Shown: positions 40,620 to 53,500, counted from the stretch's first letter. The stretch: DNA of 64,000 nucleotides from Hormiphora californensis (GCA_020137815.1 CM035362.1:1240001-1304000), one strand, 5' to 3'. Program-made: numbers and translations. Notes: generated by a model from the sequence alone, not told the origin.

Positions 40620-41059
40620 TAGAGAGCGAGAGAGAGATATAGAAGGAGAAAAATAGAAGGCAAGAAGAAGGATAAATTGTGGAATGAATGTTTTAATAAT
40701 CACTCCATGTCATGATCTTTATTAGAGTAAATTCGGAAATGAGAAGAGAGGGAGAGACGTGTAAAGAGAGAACATATAAAAAGGAAGGAAGAAAATATGG
40801 GAGAATTAAGAAAGAAGGTGTGAGCTAGAGGGGATGAGTAGATAAAAAATAATCGTTTATAAAAATTGTCATTGTTGTGACTCGACCAATGATTAGAAAA
40901 GTGAGGATGAAGTCCCTTCATTCTTTCGTCCGGGACTGCCTTAACTTCCGGATGATGCAGATGGCGGTTCCGAATGAAAAAAAATCCGCTATCCGATGTT
41001 GATAACATATAATGCAGAAGAGAAAAGATAATGCTAGAGAATAATTATACCAATTGTAG

Positions 41060-41217
41060 CAAAGTCGGATTTTTTGAAGTTGTCACCCCCAAACACACTT
41101 GAAGCATGTGATATTTAATTTATAAATTTTTGACGCACACCACACGTATTTAATAGGCATGCAAAAAACGAGTGCACAAGAAGGGGGGGGGTGACAACTT
41201 CAAAAAATCCGACTTTA
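41060..41217. mobile_element. AAGT-terminal MITE, same TIR as 7447-7835
   Basis: AAAGTCGGATTTTTTGAAGTTGTCACCCC / GGGGTGACAACTTCAAAAAATCCGACTTTA. Confidence 0.8.
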
Positions 41218-42073
41218 GTTGAGAAAATCCGCTATTCCGTGGAAAGTGTCGAATCTGTGCACAGATTAGATACTTTTCGTGAAATGGAGATGATCGCTTT
41301 CCCAGTTTCATTTTTCTCAGCCTTGTGAGAACAGTGATGGATTAGAATGGACTCCTGTCACGTCTTTTCTCGGTCATTAGCTTAGGACAATAGGACATTT
41401 CCTGACGTCTATGGGTCCCTGATAACGTTATGGCTTGCGTGTCCTGTATTGACAGCTGCATAACGGCTCAGAACATTGCTGCAGTCTCTCTGGTGGTGAA
41501 CAAGTTTGTTGTTGTGTGCACGGCTCAAGTTGCTACACGTTGCCCCTCGCAGCTGAAACGGGGCATCTTTGCTGGTCGTGCTACACATAGTCACTATGTC
41601 CGTTGCAGATTTCTAAACCCCCGAATGACTTTTTGCGAAAGGCATCCGGGAGAAAAAATCTCAATGCCAATTGGCCATCTCAAACTCCAACTCGCCCACC
41701 ATTATTACCTAAGGGAAAGAGAAAAGACTTTCGTGTTATGTCTCCTTGAAATTCGGGGACTGAATCTAAAATGAGGCCTATAATCATCTGGAAGATAGAA
41801 GACAGAAGATATAACAACTGGTTATCGCTCAAGCAATCTGAGAAGATTTCATCGGCATTCCTATTGGAAAGGACATATCCCCTGATCTGTAAATGTAGTA
41901 TAATCATTTTTATATACCACTTTATCAGTGTGTTTATAGTGTAACAAGAATTATTGCATTATGTATTCATAATGCGGTGTTTCCCTGCCCCAGATGGGTG
42001 TAAAATTGATGAATGAGCTTCAAATTCAGATTTTCCGATGAATTTTGCACTTTAAGAGCAATTTTTGGCTGAT

Positions 42074-43716
42074 CACGGTGCACCAGAAGGATCGTCAACC
42101 CAAAGTTGAGCCCACAAAACAAACTTTTGTTGGGGGTGACCCAGGAGGCCTTCCTGAACATCCCCACGGTGAGAAAAGTATATGTTATCGGGGGAAATTT
42201 TTGTTAAAATCGAAAAAACTGGTTTTTGGTCCAAATTTGTGCATAACTTACTTGACTGCCGTTTGATGAAATATCTGATTGACATAAAATAAGTATACAA
42301 GACCTATTTTTGCACGAGGAATCGATTGCCGGTGGAGAGAAATCTCTAAAATGACCGGAAAATTGTCAAATATGGGAATTTTGTCATTTTTTTGAGGTTT
42401 TTGGCCCTTTAACCATTGAAAACGTTGAGATAGGAAGTTGGCAATAGCGTCAATCGTTAAAATGGTCATTTTTCTACAGGATCCCAAAATTTCATGTATA
42501 TCCGATTCATTGTTAGATTTTGGCAAACTATTGAGATGTGCTTACTGAAAAAAGGATAACTTGATTTTCTCGTTTTTTGCGATTTTTTAACTTTTGACAG
42601 AATTCTGATTGAAATGGCCAATCAGGGCCATGCTAAAGTTGTTTATGGGACAATTTTCGACCAAAATCCAAGATTTCATGCAAATCCAATGACAGATCAT
42701 TGATTTATAGAAAGTTGAAAAAGGCAAAAAAGGCCAATTTTTACCATGAAAACAAAAATACACATTTTTTCTTGTCAATTTCCATCAACAACTGGTACCC
42801 TACCTATTTTTGCACGTAGAATCGATTGCCGGTGGAGTGGATCCTCTTAAATGATTGGAAAGCGGTCAAAATGCCATTTTTTGGACGCCCAAAAAACCGC
42901 CCAAAAATGGCATTTCGACCGCTTTCCAATCATTTGAGATGATCATCTCCACCGGCAATCGATTCTACGTGCAAAAATAGGTAGGGTACCAGTTGTTGAT
43001 GGAAATTGACAAGAAAAAATGTGTATTTTTGTTTTCATGGTAAAAATTGGCCTTTTTTGCCTTTTTCAACTTTCTATAAATCAATGATCTGTCATTGGAT
43101 TTGCATGAAATCTTGGATTTTGGTCGAAAATTGTCCCATAAACAACTTTAGCATGGCCCTGATTGGCCATTTCAATCAGAATTCTGTCAAAAGTTAAAAA
43201 ATCGCAAAAAACGAGAAAATCAAGTTATCCTTTTTTCAGTAAGCACATCTCAATAGTTTGCCAAAATCTAACAATGAATCGGATATACATGAAATTTTGG
43301 GATCCTGTAGAAAAATGACCATTTTAACGATTGACGCTATTGCCAACTTCCTATCTCAACGTTTTCAATGGTTAAAGGGCCAAAAACCTCAAAAAAATGA
43401 CAAAATTCCCATATATATATTTGACAATTTTCCGGTCATTTTAGAGATTTCTCTCCACCGGCAATCGATTCCTCGTGCAAAAATAGGTCTTGTATACTTA
43501 TTTTATGTCAATCAGATATTTCATCAAACGGCAGTCAAGTAAGTTATGCACAAATTTGGACCAAAAACCAGTTTTTTCGATTTTAACAAAAATTTCCCCC
43601 GATAACATATACTTTTCTCACCGTGGGGATGTTCAGGAAGGCCTCCTGGGTCACCCCCAACAAAAGTTTGTTTTGTGGGCTCAACTTTGGGTTGACGATC
43701 CTTCTGGTGCACCGTG
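42074..43716. mobile_element. 1.64-kb foldback element with CAC...GTG termini and 4-bp TSD (Chapaev-like, non-autonomous)
   Basis: ~800-bp near-identical inverted arms starting CACGGTGCACCAGAAGG. TGAT on both flanks. No transposase ORF. Confidence 0.8.
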
Positions 43717-44107
43717 TGATACGATGTCAGTTGCTATGGTAACCAGGGTGGTTGCTATGGTAACCAAGGCAGTTGCTATGATAAATAAGACAGTTGCTTA
43801 GGAGACCCTAGTTGGTGACCAAGCGCTTCACCTTTACCCTCAGGCCTCAGTCATCTTAGCACCAGTCACTTGCAATTATTGTGTGATAGTAGTTTCATGC
43901 TTGGAAGACTTGCTACCACGTCATGGTACGGCTGTAGGGTACCCAAAGTGATTTCAGGTGAAAGTAGGAAGTGATACGAGTGAGTAATTGCGCGCCACAA
44001 TGCGTATTAATCATTTCCTTTGTTGCATCAACAAAGTGTGAGTTGAAAGATTTATGAAGGAGCAGACTTTGTTGCTATGTGTAACGGTGGACAGACGGAC
44101 AGACGAA

Positions 44108-44145
44108 CAAACTTTTCAACACTACTTTAAACAAATTAATTTGAG
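44108..44145 (+). other. Genomic copy of the ctenophore spliced-leader exon, already joined to its acceptor sequence
   Basis: CAAACTTTTCAACACTACTTTAAACAAATTAATTTGAG matches the ctenophore SL as I recall it. It is followed by CAGG, not a GT donor. Confidence 0.8.
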
Positions 44146-44197
44146 CAGGAAGATGAATCCGATGTAACAGCCCCGAAGGGCAGAAAAACGAAACCCT

Positions 44198-45121
44198 ATG
44201 ATAAAACGATTAGAAGAGACGGTGGATGACTTTGTTTCTGAAGTTTACCTGTTGAATTCGGACAACACGACGAGCATCACACCAGATGAGTTTACTCAAT
44301 GTTATAGATCGATTCAAGCTGCACCCGATTCAATGTTAACCAACGACAGCTTAGCTTCGCCTAGCAAGCACTGGGGTTCGTACTTTAGACATTGTCTCAA
44401 GGACCGAGCTACGAGTGAAATAATCGAGGCTACTTCGCGTATTTTTCTCTCCAGTATGAAACTTGCCCGAGCAACAATGAACAATTTTGAAACGGTTATC
44501 AGTGTGGAAAACGTCGAGAAACAGCTGCGTGAATGTAAAGAAGAACTTGACCGCCATCGGGTTAACGTAATCGAGCTTCAGCAAACGGTTATCAACCACC
44601 AGAAGCAACAACTCAGTACAGTGACAGCATCGGTGCAGAAGGTGAAAGCCTACTCTACTGTGCTAGCACAGAATTGTGCTGCAACCTCCCCCAAAGTGGG
44701 AAAACCACTACCAGTGAATCATCCTACTCCCGTCCAACAGCCCGGAAGAGAGAAGAACGTGGTTGTGTTTGGTCTCCCAGAAACAACCGATAGAGTAGCT
44801 AAAACTACTTTAGACGAACTTTTTGAGGAATTAAATGAGAAACCGAAAGTGACTACGATGAAACGCATCGGCGAAAGAAATGAGAAGCGCCCTAGACCGC
44901 TCTTAGTATCCCTGGAGAAGAGAGCGACTCTCCTCGCACTCCTCAGAAAGGCACGAAACCTCAAAGACTCCAAACAGTTTTCGGCTGTTTATCTCTCTCC
45001 GGATCTTACGCCTTCTGAACTGAAAGAGCAAAAAGCTCTAAGGTCCACTTTGAAGCGGATACGATCAGAAGATCCTGACGGCTGCTACTTCATCCGTAAT
45101 AATCTTATCCAAGTGGGATAG
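44198..45121 (+). CDS. LINE ORF1-type protein (coiled coil, RRM, CTD; Transposase_22/L1-ORF1-like), 307 aa
   Basis: Heptad region followed by REKNVVVFGLPE, RIG...RPRPLLV and VYLSPDLT motifs typical of this ORF1 class. Confidence 0.85.
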   Translation: MIKRLEETVDDFVSEVYLLNSDNTTSITPDEFTQCYRSIQAAPDSMLTNDSLASPSKHWGSYFRHCLKDRATSEIIEATSRIFLSSMKLARATMNNFETVISVENVEKQLRECKEELDRHRVNVIELQQTVINHQKQQLSTVTASVQKVKAYSTVLAQNCAATSPKVGKPLPVNHPTPVQQPGREKNVVVFGLPETTDRVAKTTLDELFEELNEKPKVTTMKRIGERNEKRPRPLLVSLEKRATLLALLRKARNLKDSKQFSAVYLSPDLTPSELKEQKALRSTLKRIRSEDPDGCYFIRNNLIQVG

Positions 45122-45318
45122 TTCCCCACTAACTCACCGTTATCAGAGAACCGTGCTAGGAGCAGGCAGTCTACTGCAGTCCCTTTCAAATTAAGGAAAA
45201 CGAGTTGTCTGTATACAAACTGTGTCAGTGCGGGATATAAACTGTCATTTTTATTATTATTATTACATTTTAGTTAACTACACAATCTGCTGATTTCTAA
45301 ACCCTGAATGATCTTCTT

Positions 45319-45555
45319 TAAAGTCCAATTTTTTATTTAAGCAACAGGCCGCCACGCACTCAATTAGTTAATTGGTCATATCTCCGGTTCCTGATAAGAT
45401 AAAGACTTGATCCTGGTTGCGTTGGAAAGATAAAATTTTTATCTTTCCAATGGCACCAGGAAAAAGTCGCTAGCTTATCAGGAACCGGAAATCGATTTCA
45501 AGCGCTGCATTTTGATGCGCGGCGGCCTGTCGCTTAAATAAAAAATTGGACTTTA
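45319..45555. mobile_element. AAGT-terminal TA-target MITE
   Basis: TAAAGTCCAATTTTTTATTTAAGC...GCTTAAATAAAAAATTGGACTTTA. Confidence 0.85.
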
Positions 45556-46029
45556 AAAGCAAGTTTTAAAAAAGCTTCATATGAAGCTGAAGGATCTTCC
45601 CGCGCGCGCGTCGATGAATTAAAAGTACGGCTGCGTCGTTTTGCAGCGCTCTATGCCGATTATGGCCCGTTACATGGTTAGAAACCCAATAGATTAGGGT
45701 GCCATGAATATGGCGTAAAATATTACCCTATATCAGTAGGGCACCCTTACAAAAAATACAACCAATGTTGGGGTAAACTGTAAACTATTTACACGATTTA
45801 CAATTCTTCACAAAATATCATGGGACTGGGAGTAGTGGGGGAGGAACCCAAACTTCTGTCGCTGTAGTGTACGGGTGTACCACTGTACCAGTATAGTTAT
45901 ACACCGGCCGACTCTTCTATAGTTCTACAGCGGATGTTATCAGTTGCAGCAGATCTGCCAGATCTAATTTCCACAATTGTTCTATACTTCTACGCAACAC
46001 AGCCCAATATAACTCTTCAGCACTCAGAT

Positions 46030-49000
46030 TCAGAATAGATGGAGGTTCTTGTCTCGGATTTTGTCTTGAAGGGATGAAAGTCTATCATGAATGGCAGTTC
46101 CCAATTTGTTTTGTCGCTCCAAAGCGTACTGTCCAAGTTGTTCCTCTCTCTGCCGTCTGAAAAAGAAGTTATTGAAACAGCGACCAAACTGATTTAACAT
46201 AGTGTATAGTGATAGTCATTCACGTACCTTTGTACAGGTCCAGATGAGCTATGAGAGGCATATGTGTAGGGAAGGCCGGGTGGGGTGCCAGGAAATTCCA
46301 CTTTAAACTCTGCTGTCACGCCCTCAACAGTAGGTGCCGACAGGGGACTCTCCTCATCTTCCTCATCTTAAAGAGAGGGTGTTATAATAATTGTGATAGG
46401 TTTTATAAAGGAGCATAAGGACTGTGGTGAAAGTTTTGATGAAGGAGCACATACCAGGAGCGAGTTCTAGATCAGGAGAGAGTTCTGTAAGAAGTTCAGG
46501 AATATTGTCCTCCTCGATCAAATCATCTCGTCTCGGTGCCCATACACTCCCCACACTGTTTGTATTGTTTAGACTCACCTATTGAACAAATTTAGAATCA
46601 CCTTACACAATACAATCATAGTTGTACATGTACATCAATTATTCATCTCGAGATTGCTAATTATTCTCGCATTCAGATAAATTGAGATTTTCATAACAAA
46701 ATATAACTGTGAGAAACTCACCAGGAGCTGGGTAGGGAACTTGATCCATCTTTGGGTGCCCTGAATAACCTCTGAAGGGTGAAGAGGTTGTACTGGTCCA
46801 CGGTGTCTTACTGGTCTCTTCAATATTGGATCCAAGAAGAACTCCTCACTTGTCTCCAAACATCTATCTGATACTTGGTGGGCCTGAGTTGGTAATGAAA
46901 TTATATTAGGGGTGACTTCAAACCAAGGCCTGTAAGGGTGAACATTATGAGTCATAATTGAAAACTAATTGGTCAAGCTTTAAAATAATTGAATTGTGTC
47001 GAGGAGCATCCTAGAAACCAATACATGCTACCAATCCTTGTATATAGCATTGAATAACTGGGTGCTACTTACCACAAGGCCAGGTGCAGGGTTGAAGATC
47101 ATGAGGGGAGGGTAGGAGGTTGGGGTGCTGATATTATCAGGTGGTGTCAACACCTCCGTCACCAGGGTGTCACTCTCGTGCAACACCTACGGAAGAGAAA
47201 GATTGGAGAGAGGCTGTCAGGAATCGCGCTGACACACTGATAAGAAAATAAATATATATATTACAGTCGGACCGGCGAAAATCGAATGATGAAGAATAAA
47301 ATCAAGAGCAGTGAGGTTACCCTCCCGTTACCCTACCGTTGTCAGCTCGTCTTCCGCACCAGTTCTAAGGTTGGGAATTATTGGATCCACATGACCAGAT
47401 GTTAACCCTGACTCGTGCTCCTGAGAGAGTTAGTCGAATGAGTCCCAGAAATGTTAGACTTATAGAATGACACTCTCATAAGAAAAACTCAAATTATCCC
47501 AGCTACTCAAAAAACGGGGGGGGGGGGCCAATATCGGCCTTAAAATAAAATATATAATAAATTATACAGTAGAAATCAATGGAATCAATAAATTATTGTG
47601 GAATTAGTCCATACGATATAAATATATTGCCCCTGCCCCTGCCCCGATATCCCCTAATCGATACAGTTATTGAGCGAACCATCGCAAATGATAAGCGCAG
47701 TCTAAGATACCGAATACAGTCCTGGCGCTCATATCCAGTTTTGGAAGATTTTCGGTGGGCCAACTGTTTCAGTGTGTTCTGAAATTCTCTACCAAGTCCG
47801 CCTGATGTTGACATGACAAGCTACTCAAAAAACTCTAAAAAACATATTTTTATTGTTTTTACTTACATTGTAATCAAGAAGTTCACAAGCTTTGGGGACG
47901 TACAGATCAAATATGGGATACTGAACGTGAAGTTTCAGGGACACTGTAGGAGGGCTCAGAGACCCCAAATCTTGGGGTGTCATGTCTCTATCATATTCTT
48001 CCCTGAATTTCATAGCACCGGGAGTTAATTAGCCAAATAAGTCCCTTATTCATATCAATAATAAACCGGGGATGTTATTGTAAAAGTGCGACAAGTACAT
48101 CCCTAGAACGGGGAGACCCCCAAGGCCCAAATTTGGTAAAAGGGATTCAGGATGGAGTTCTACCTACCGGTGGTAGTATGGTAGATAGGAAGGTGTAACA
48201 TCCTGCCAGTCTTTAGATATCTCACCCATTGCATCCTGTCCTTCCCCCTCACTCTCCTTGACACGACACTAAAAGAAACCGGGATTGAGAATAAGGAACA
48301 ATAAAAATGGAGAAAAAAAGTGAAATTTTACTAGAAACTGGCGCAACCAACAACATAACCAACTGACCCGTAGAGTTTTGAACCGGTTTGCAACTCGACC
48401 AGCTACAATTATCTTCCGAACAGCCCTGATAAATCGAGTGAGGGCAATCTTCCGTTTAGTCCACTCACTACTTAGGTAGGGATCAAAGGTTGGTGTCAAG
48501 GAGGTATGCTCGTTCGCAAGTCGATACACCCTGTAGGAGAGGAGGTTAGGATCCGGGAAGGGCGGGAAAAGATTCAACATACATGCAATAATTACACAAT
48601 AATAATTATTCTGTAGGGAATCACTAAATCTACTAACCACTAAAAAACAGTTAAACCCCCTCCTATATACCTCGCAGCGCTGCAGGTAGTTTCATTTCTT
48701 GCGAATTCAGCTTCCTTGTCCAGTTCAGCCCGTTTCAGCCGGTACTCCTCCTCTGCCCGGTCCCTTTCCACCAGGATCTCCTCTCGTTGTACCTCAGTCA
48801 GGGGATCAGTACCAAGTTGAGTTATCCATCTGAAGATAGAGTTTTAATTTCCGGGGCATATAGTGTCAATATATTGAATCAAACCCCCCTGGTAATAAAG
48901 CTCCATGATGTACAAACCTGAGTTTGTTATTCCGCTCCTCTAAAGCTCGTTGCTTTACAATACTTTCAAAGACAGCCACCTTCAACTGCCGCTCACTTCC

Positions 49001-52000
49001 GATTTGTTTAGCGAGTCCTGCCGCTGCTCGACCTGCCTTCAGCTCACTTGCTTTTAGTTGACCTGAGGGTGGCATTCCAGTTGGAGTATTTCTTGTTAGT
49101 CATACTCTAGTTGGGTTTACTTGTATTCTTTATTTTGTGCCGGTTGGGGTGCAACAATTTAATTTTGTATGACGTATGCTATGACGTAGTTAGAAAACAG
49201 GTTGACTGGTTGAACTGTATACAGTTCCCTGCCACACAAAACATAAGGCAAGTTAAACCCAAATAGGATCAGATCCATTAGACCCCCTCCGGCCTCCGTG
49301 TGTGTTTACTCAGGATCAGAATATCAGATCCAATTTGTCTCACCTGGCTTCTGATTTAGTACGAAAGCGACCGCAGTTGGGTTGTTGAGGTTTTCAGGAA
49401 ACCTTACTCCATCGACAACGTTGCCTTTTGGTGGGTCAGAAACACGCTTTTTCGTCTTTCTCGATCTGAAATGTAATGTAGAGGGTTTCAAATTTCAATG
49501 GCTGTCCTCTCTGCACCAGGCAGTGTAGCTGCAGCAAAGTGAAGTATGACAAGTCCTGTCTGGCGCCGCCGACCTCATCTGAGATACGCTCAGATTTGGG
49601 TATGGCGCCGCCATACAGGACAAGTCAGTGCGGTGGGGGATTAGTGGGGGGGGGGGCAGGGGGGAATGAGAGAGGATAGAAATAAGAAGTTCTCTCCGCA
49701 GTATTAATTAGTAACTGGGTAGTAATTTAATAAATTTAGTAATTATAATAAATTACATACTTTTTTATTGGTATAAGGGTAGAAGGGTCGAGTGAAACAG
49801 GATCGGCCATTTTGATGTTTTTCCGTACACTAGTAAGGCTAGGACTCATGATACTGTCCGCTGCAAGAATAATATCCTTCTCAGCGCCTGAAATCATGAA
49901 ACAATCAGGGATTATGGATGATACAGTGACGTACCGGGTTGACACAGCCCAGTTACACTACACTTACCGGGTTGTTACAGCCCAGTTACACTACACTTAC
50001 CGGGTTGACACAGCCCAGTTACACTACACTTACCGGGTTGACACAGCCCAGTTACACTACACTTACCGGGTTGACACAGCCCAGTTACACTACACTTACC
50101 GGGTTGACACAGCCCAGTTACACTACACTTACTGGGTTGACACAGCCCAGTTACACTACACTTACCGGGTTGACACAGCCCAGTTACACTACACTTACCG
50201 GGTTGACACAGCCCAGTTACACTACACTTACCGGGTTGACACAGCCCAGTTACACTACACTTACCGGGTTGATATACACAACCCAGTTACACTACACTTA
50301 CCGGGTTGACATACACAACCCAGTTACACTACACTTACCGGGTTGACACAGCCCAGTTACACTACACTTACCGGATTGACACAGCCCAGTTACACTACAC
50401 TTACCGGGTTGACACAGCCCAATTAGTAATTACACTAAACACTTACCGGGTTAACACAGCCCAGTTACACTACACTTACCGGGTTGACACAGCCCAGTTA
50501 CACTACACTTGTATACAGGGCTATCAAACTGTTGCACTGCCAGTTCGACAGTGGCACTGGCGGTGATGTACTCAGTGGGACAGAACAACACCCTTACCTC
50601 CACTGTACCCTCACCTGTGGGATGAATTAGTAAGAACTTGGAATGAACTGGATAGTGCGATATGAAATGAACTGAATAGTGTGATAGAAACTCTTTACTA
50701 ACCCGGTATAACACCACTGGTGGGAGAAACAGAGATAGAGGGATGTCCAGTACACTGAACACGAAATAGGAAATCAACCGCTACCGGACATGATAGCTTG
50801 ATCCTTTTAAATACTCTGGGATAGAATGTTTCCTTTATGGTTCTGATTTAAAAACGGAATAAAGTGCAATAGGTGGACTTACGATTTACAAACTGGTGTA
50901 TTTGGGAAGGCGAGAGTTTTTGGAAATTTTGGCAGTTCCAGAACAGGATAAGCGTGTAGGGGTATAACTAAGTTGTGGCCACCCTGAAGAGAAATACATG
51001 TTAGAAGACTATTATATGGCAATGGTGGGCAAATAATTTGCGGTTTTCAGGAATCAGGAGAGTTGATACACAGTCTAAACATTATTTTACTACTGAGAAT
51101 ACCTCGCAATGTATTTTGATAAAATCCTCATAAATATTGTAATCGTCGGCGGTAAATTCAACTGTGATCGCTAAACTCATTCCAGGCATTAACTTCCCCT
51201 GGAAAGTGTTACATGTTAATTATATGTCTGCAATGTTAACAGCAACACATGTGCAATTCAAATATAAAACTGGGGGTGGGGGGGGGGTGCTAATAAACCT
51301 TTACCGTTTTGTGAAAACGAATCTTGAAATTCCCGCTCGAGGGAGAGAGGACATGGAATCTCCGGGCTCCATTTGCCTTGTTGGTCAACAACTGGGAGGG
51401 GAATGTAACACAGTTGGCGTGAATTGCTTGCCAGTGTAAGAAGAACTCGACATGATCTCCTTACAAAACAAATTTCGAGTCTCTATCTTATCAGGGGGTG
51501 GATCTATGGCCGTCTGAAATTTGGCGCTGACAAGCAACTCATGCCAACTGTGTTTGCTGGGTACTATTATAGTACCCAGCAAACACAGTTGGCGTGAGTT
51601 GCTATAATAGTGGTGTGTTTTGCTAATAAATAAAACGAAATCAGTGGAGTGTAATTTTAAACTCATCCGCCAATACCCAAAAGGACTTTTCATTAATGAT
51701 TAATCAAAAGAGATTTAGAGTGTATGTTCAATTTGGTTACGAAATAACCCCTCCCTTGTCAGCGGTTATTTCGTAAACAAAGGTTCAATTCGGTTCAGTG
51801 TTAATTTCCCACGCTTGTATTCAGCCGCGCAACAACAGTGCTGACACATTACTGACAAAATACGGCGCGCTCACGTCACCATAGCAACCTTCGATCACCG
51901 AACACTGACTGAGTAAGAAATTAAGCTGGCACAAATAAGTGAGCTGGTGCCTGGTACAAATAATGATAAATATTATTAATTGCATAGAATATGAATGATT

Positions 52001-52273
52001 AATTAGTTAAAAATACGTACCACTTTCTGTTTGTGTGTTTTGCCGCGGATAAAGCCCCGAAAATGAACCGTTTGCTTGCTTGGAGCGAGGACATCGTTTA
52101 GTGTCGCGTGGCTCGGGAACAACTCTGAAATGTTTACCGCGGATTAGAAAAAGTAGAAACAGTCATTCAGGTACGACGTACGTGATTGTGTTTCACATAC
52201 GGGTGTCTAAGAGATGATTGGGGACATTGAGCCTGGGAGGATCGGCGACAACTCGAGCAACTGCCGCACTCAT
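46030..52273 (-). CDS. CFAP221: Cilia- and flagella-associated protein 221 (PCDP1, central-pair C1d projection), complete multi-exon gene
   Basis: Exons encode VPNHLLDT, HFRGF, LMPGMSLAITVEFTADDY, NLVIPLHAYPV, LSCPVAVDF, RFPENLNNPTAVAFVLNQKPG, PTFDPY and LMIFNPAPGL, collinear with CFAP221 as recalled. ATG at 52273, stop at 46032-46030. Confidence 0.9.
49932..50510. repeat. 33-bp minisatellite (~17 units) spanning a CFAP221 exon/intron boundary
   Basis: Unit on the - strand is AGTGTAACTGGGCTGTGTCAACCCG|GTAAGTGT. Confidence 0.95.
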
Positions 52274-53500
52274 CACATCCTAACAGAGAATGATTGGTTA
52301 ACAGAATTTTATTATGAGAAAAGTTAACACCTTAAATGAGTTCCATTTAAATCCAATAGTGGTCTTGACTAACGAGACACATTGGTGTTTCTTTACGGGT
52401 GTTCAATGTACTGTGTATTGAATTTCTAGGTCCTGTAAGTAAAGCCCTGTAGATGCTTCAGGAGTTAGATTTTGTTGAGTGAGTACTGCAAACTTGTCCT
52501 CGTTTAGACTTCAGACTCAAGTTTTGAACAGTTTACAACCTCTGGAGTTGGTCACTTTCCATCCATCACAACTAGTAGTCAAGACCACTTGCACTAAAAT
52601 TGGTGGGGATGGAATGGTTGTAGATATCTCTCTCACTCTCCCTTTTAAAGTCAGGTCTTCTGTCCTTTGGATGGAGGATTCGACTTTATTCTTATTCTCT
52701 CTTTCTCCCCCTTCCTCTCTTCCTTTCTCTCTCCTGCAACAAGTCCGATTAGTCAACCTCCTCGCCGGTCCATCCTGGTTAACGGCGTCTGGGTACTTGC
52801 TCGGAAGACGGCAAATGAATACGGACACCCTGCATAACATAGCAGTCTAACACGCCAACCATGGCAGGGCAGAAGTTATCCACTATCGCAAAATAGGGAT
52901 GAATCCCCTGGGGAACCGCTGCCCAAATATAAAATAGTCCGTCCGACAAGTGTGGCCTAACAGGACCAACCCCAGACCAACCACAATTATTGTATCGCAA
53001 AAACATCGAGCAAAATAAACCTCAAAGCGACAAATCACTGGAATTACTGCACCCCCCAGCGACGTTGATACTGGCCCAATGCCCCCTGGGTGTGATAACT
53101 GATGAGATAAACACTTGTACCCGCTGATGTGGAAACCGTGATATCCGGCAATTTCTACAGTTCTTGAAACAGCAGTAACCAGAGGCTAGTCCATTGCCTG
53201 GCCTGGCAAGTTTCACTCCCGACTGCGGTCGATGCGACTCAAGGACGATCAGACAAATAAACTTGTACGCTCCTTTGCGGCACCCCTGGTGGTCGAGGGC
53301 AACCTCATTACTAGGGTGTGGGGTTCATATGGCAGGAGTAAGGTTTATACAAGGTGGGCCACAGATTGTTGGTCATGGTTAGCGAGGTGTGGTGTCAAAA
53401 CGATGAAAGTTGTGAGGATAAAAATTATGGGAGCACTCCGGAATCTGGATCAATTCCTTGCTAAATTTTTACATAATTTTGGGTCAAAAATGTTTGATCA

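Larger units (their letters stand above)
44108..45265 (+). mobile_element. SL-headed, ORF1-only non-autonomous retroposon, copy A
   Basis: SL-like 5' end (44108-44145), a single ORF1, a short 3' UTR and a (TTA)n tail at 45251-45265. Homology with copy B begins at the SL and ends at the tail. Confidence 0.85.
41944..45600 (-). mobile_element. HINE-like element hosting three nested insertions; right boundary approximate
   Basis: ACAAG-hairpin-TTTCCCTGCC end at 41944, (GGACAGAC)n tract at ~44088-44105, and GATTTCTAAACCC motif at ~45292 shared with the copy at ~9407. Confidence 0.5.

Noticed and set aside
42074-42080. CACGGTG as a RAG/Transib recombination signal
   Set aside because: The TSD is 4 bp rather than 5 bp and no nonamer is evident; Chapaev-like fits better.
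41967-43801. Mirror-image ORF pairs (42248-42526 / 43258-43542 etc.)
   Set aside because: By-products of the palindrome; no transposase motifs.
44108-44160. SL RNA gene
   Set aside because: The SL exon is followed by CAGG, not a GT donor and Sm-site-containing intron, in both copies, so it represents a spliced product.
49932-50510. CRISPR-like array (also 32428-32563 and 32976-33275)
   Set aside because: Units are contiguous with no unique spacers, the context is eukaryotic, and there are no cas genes.
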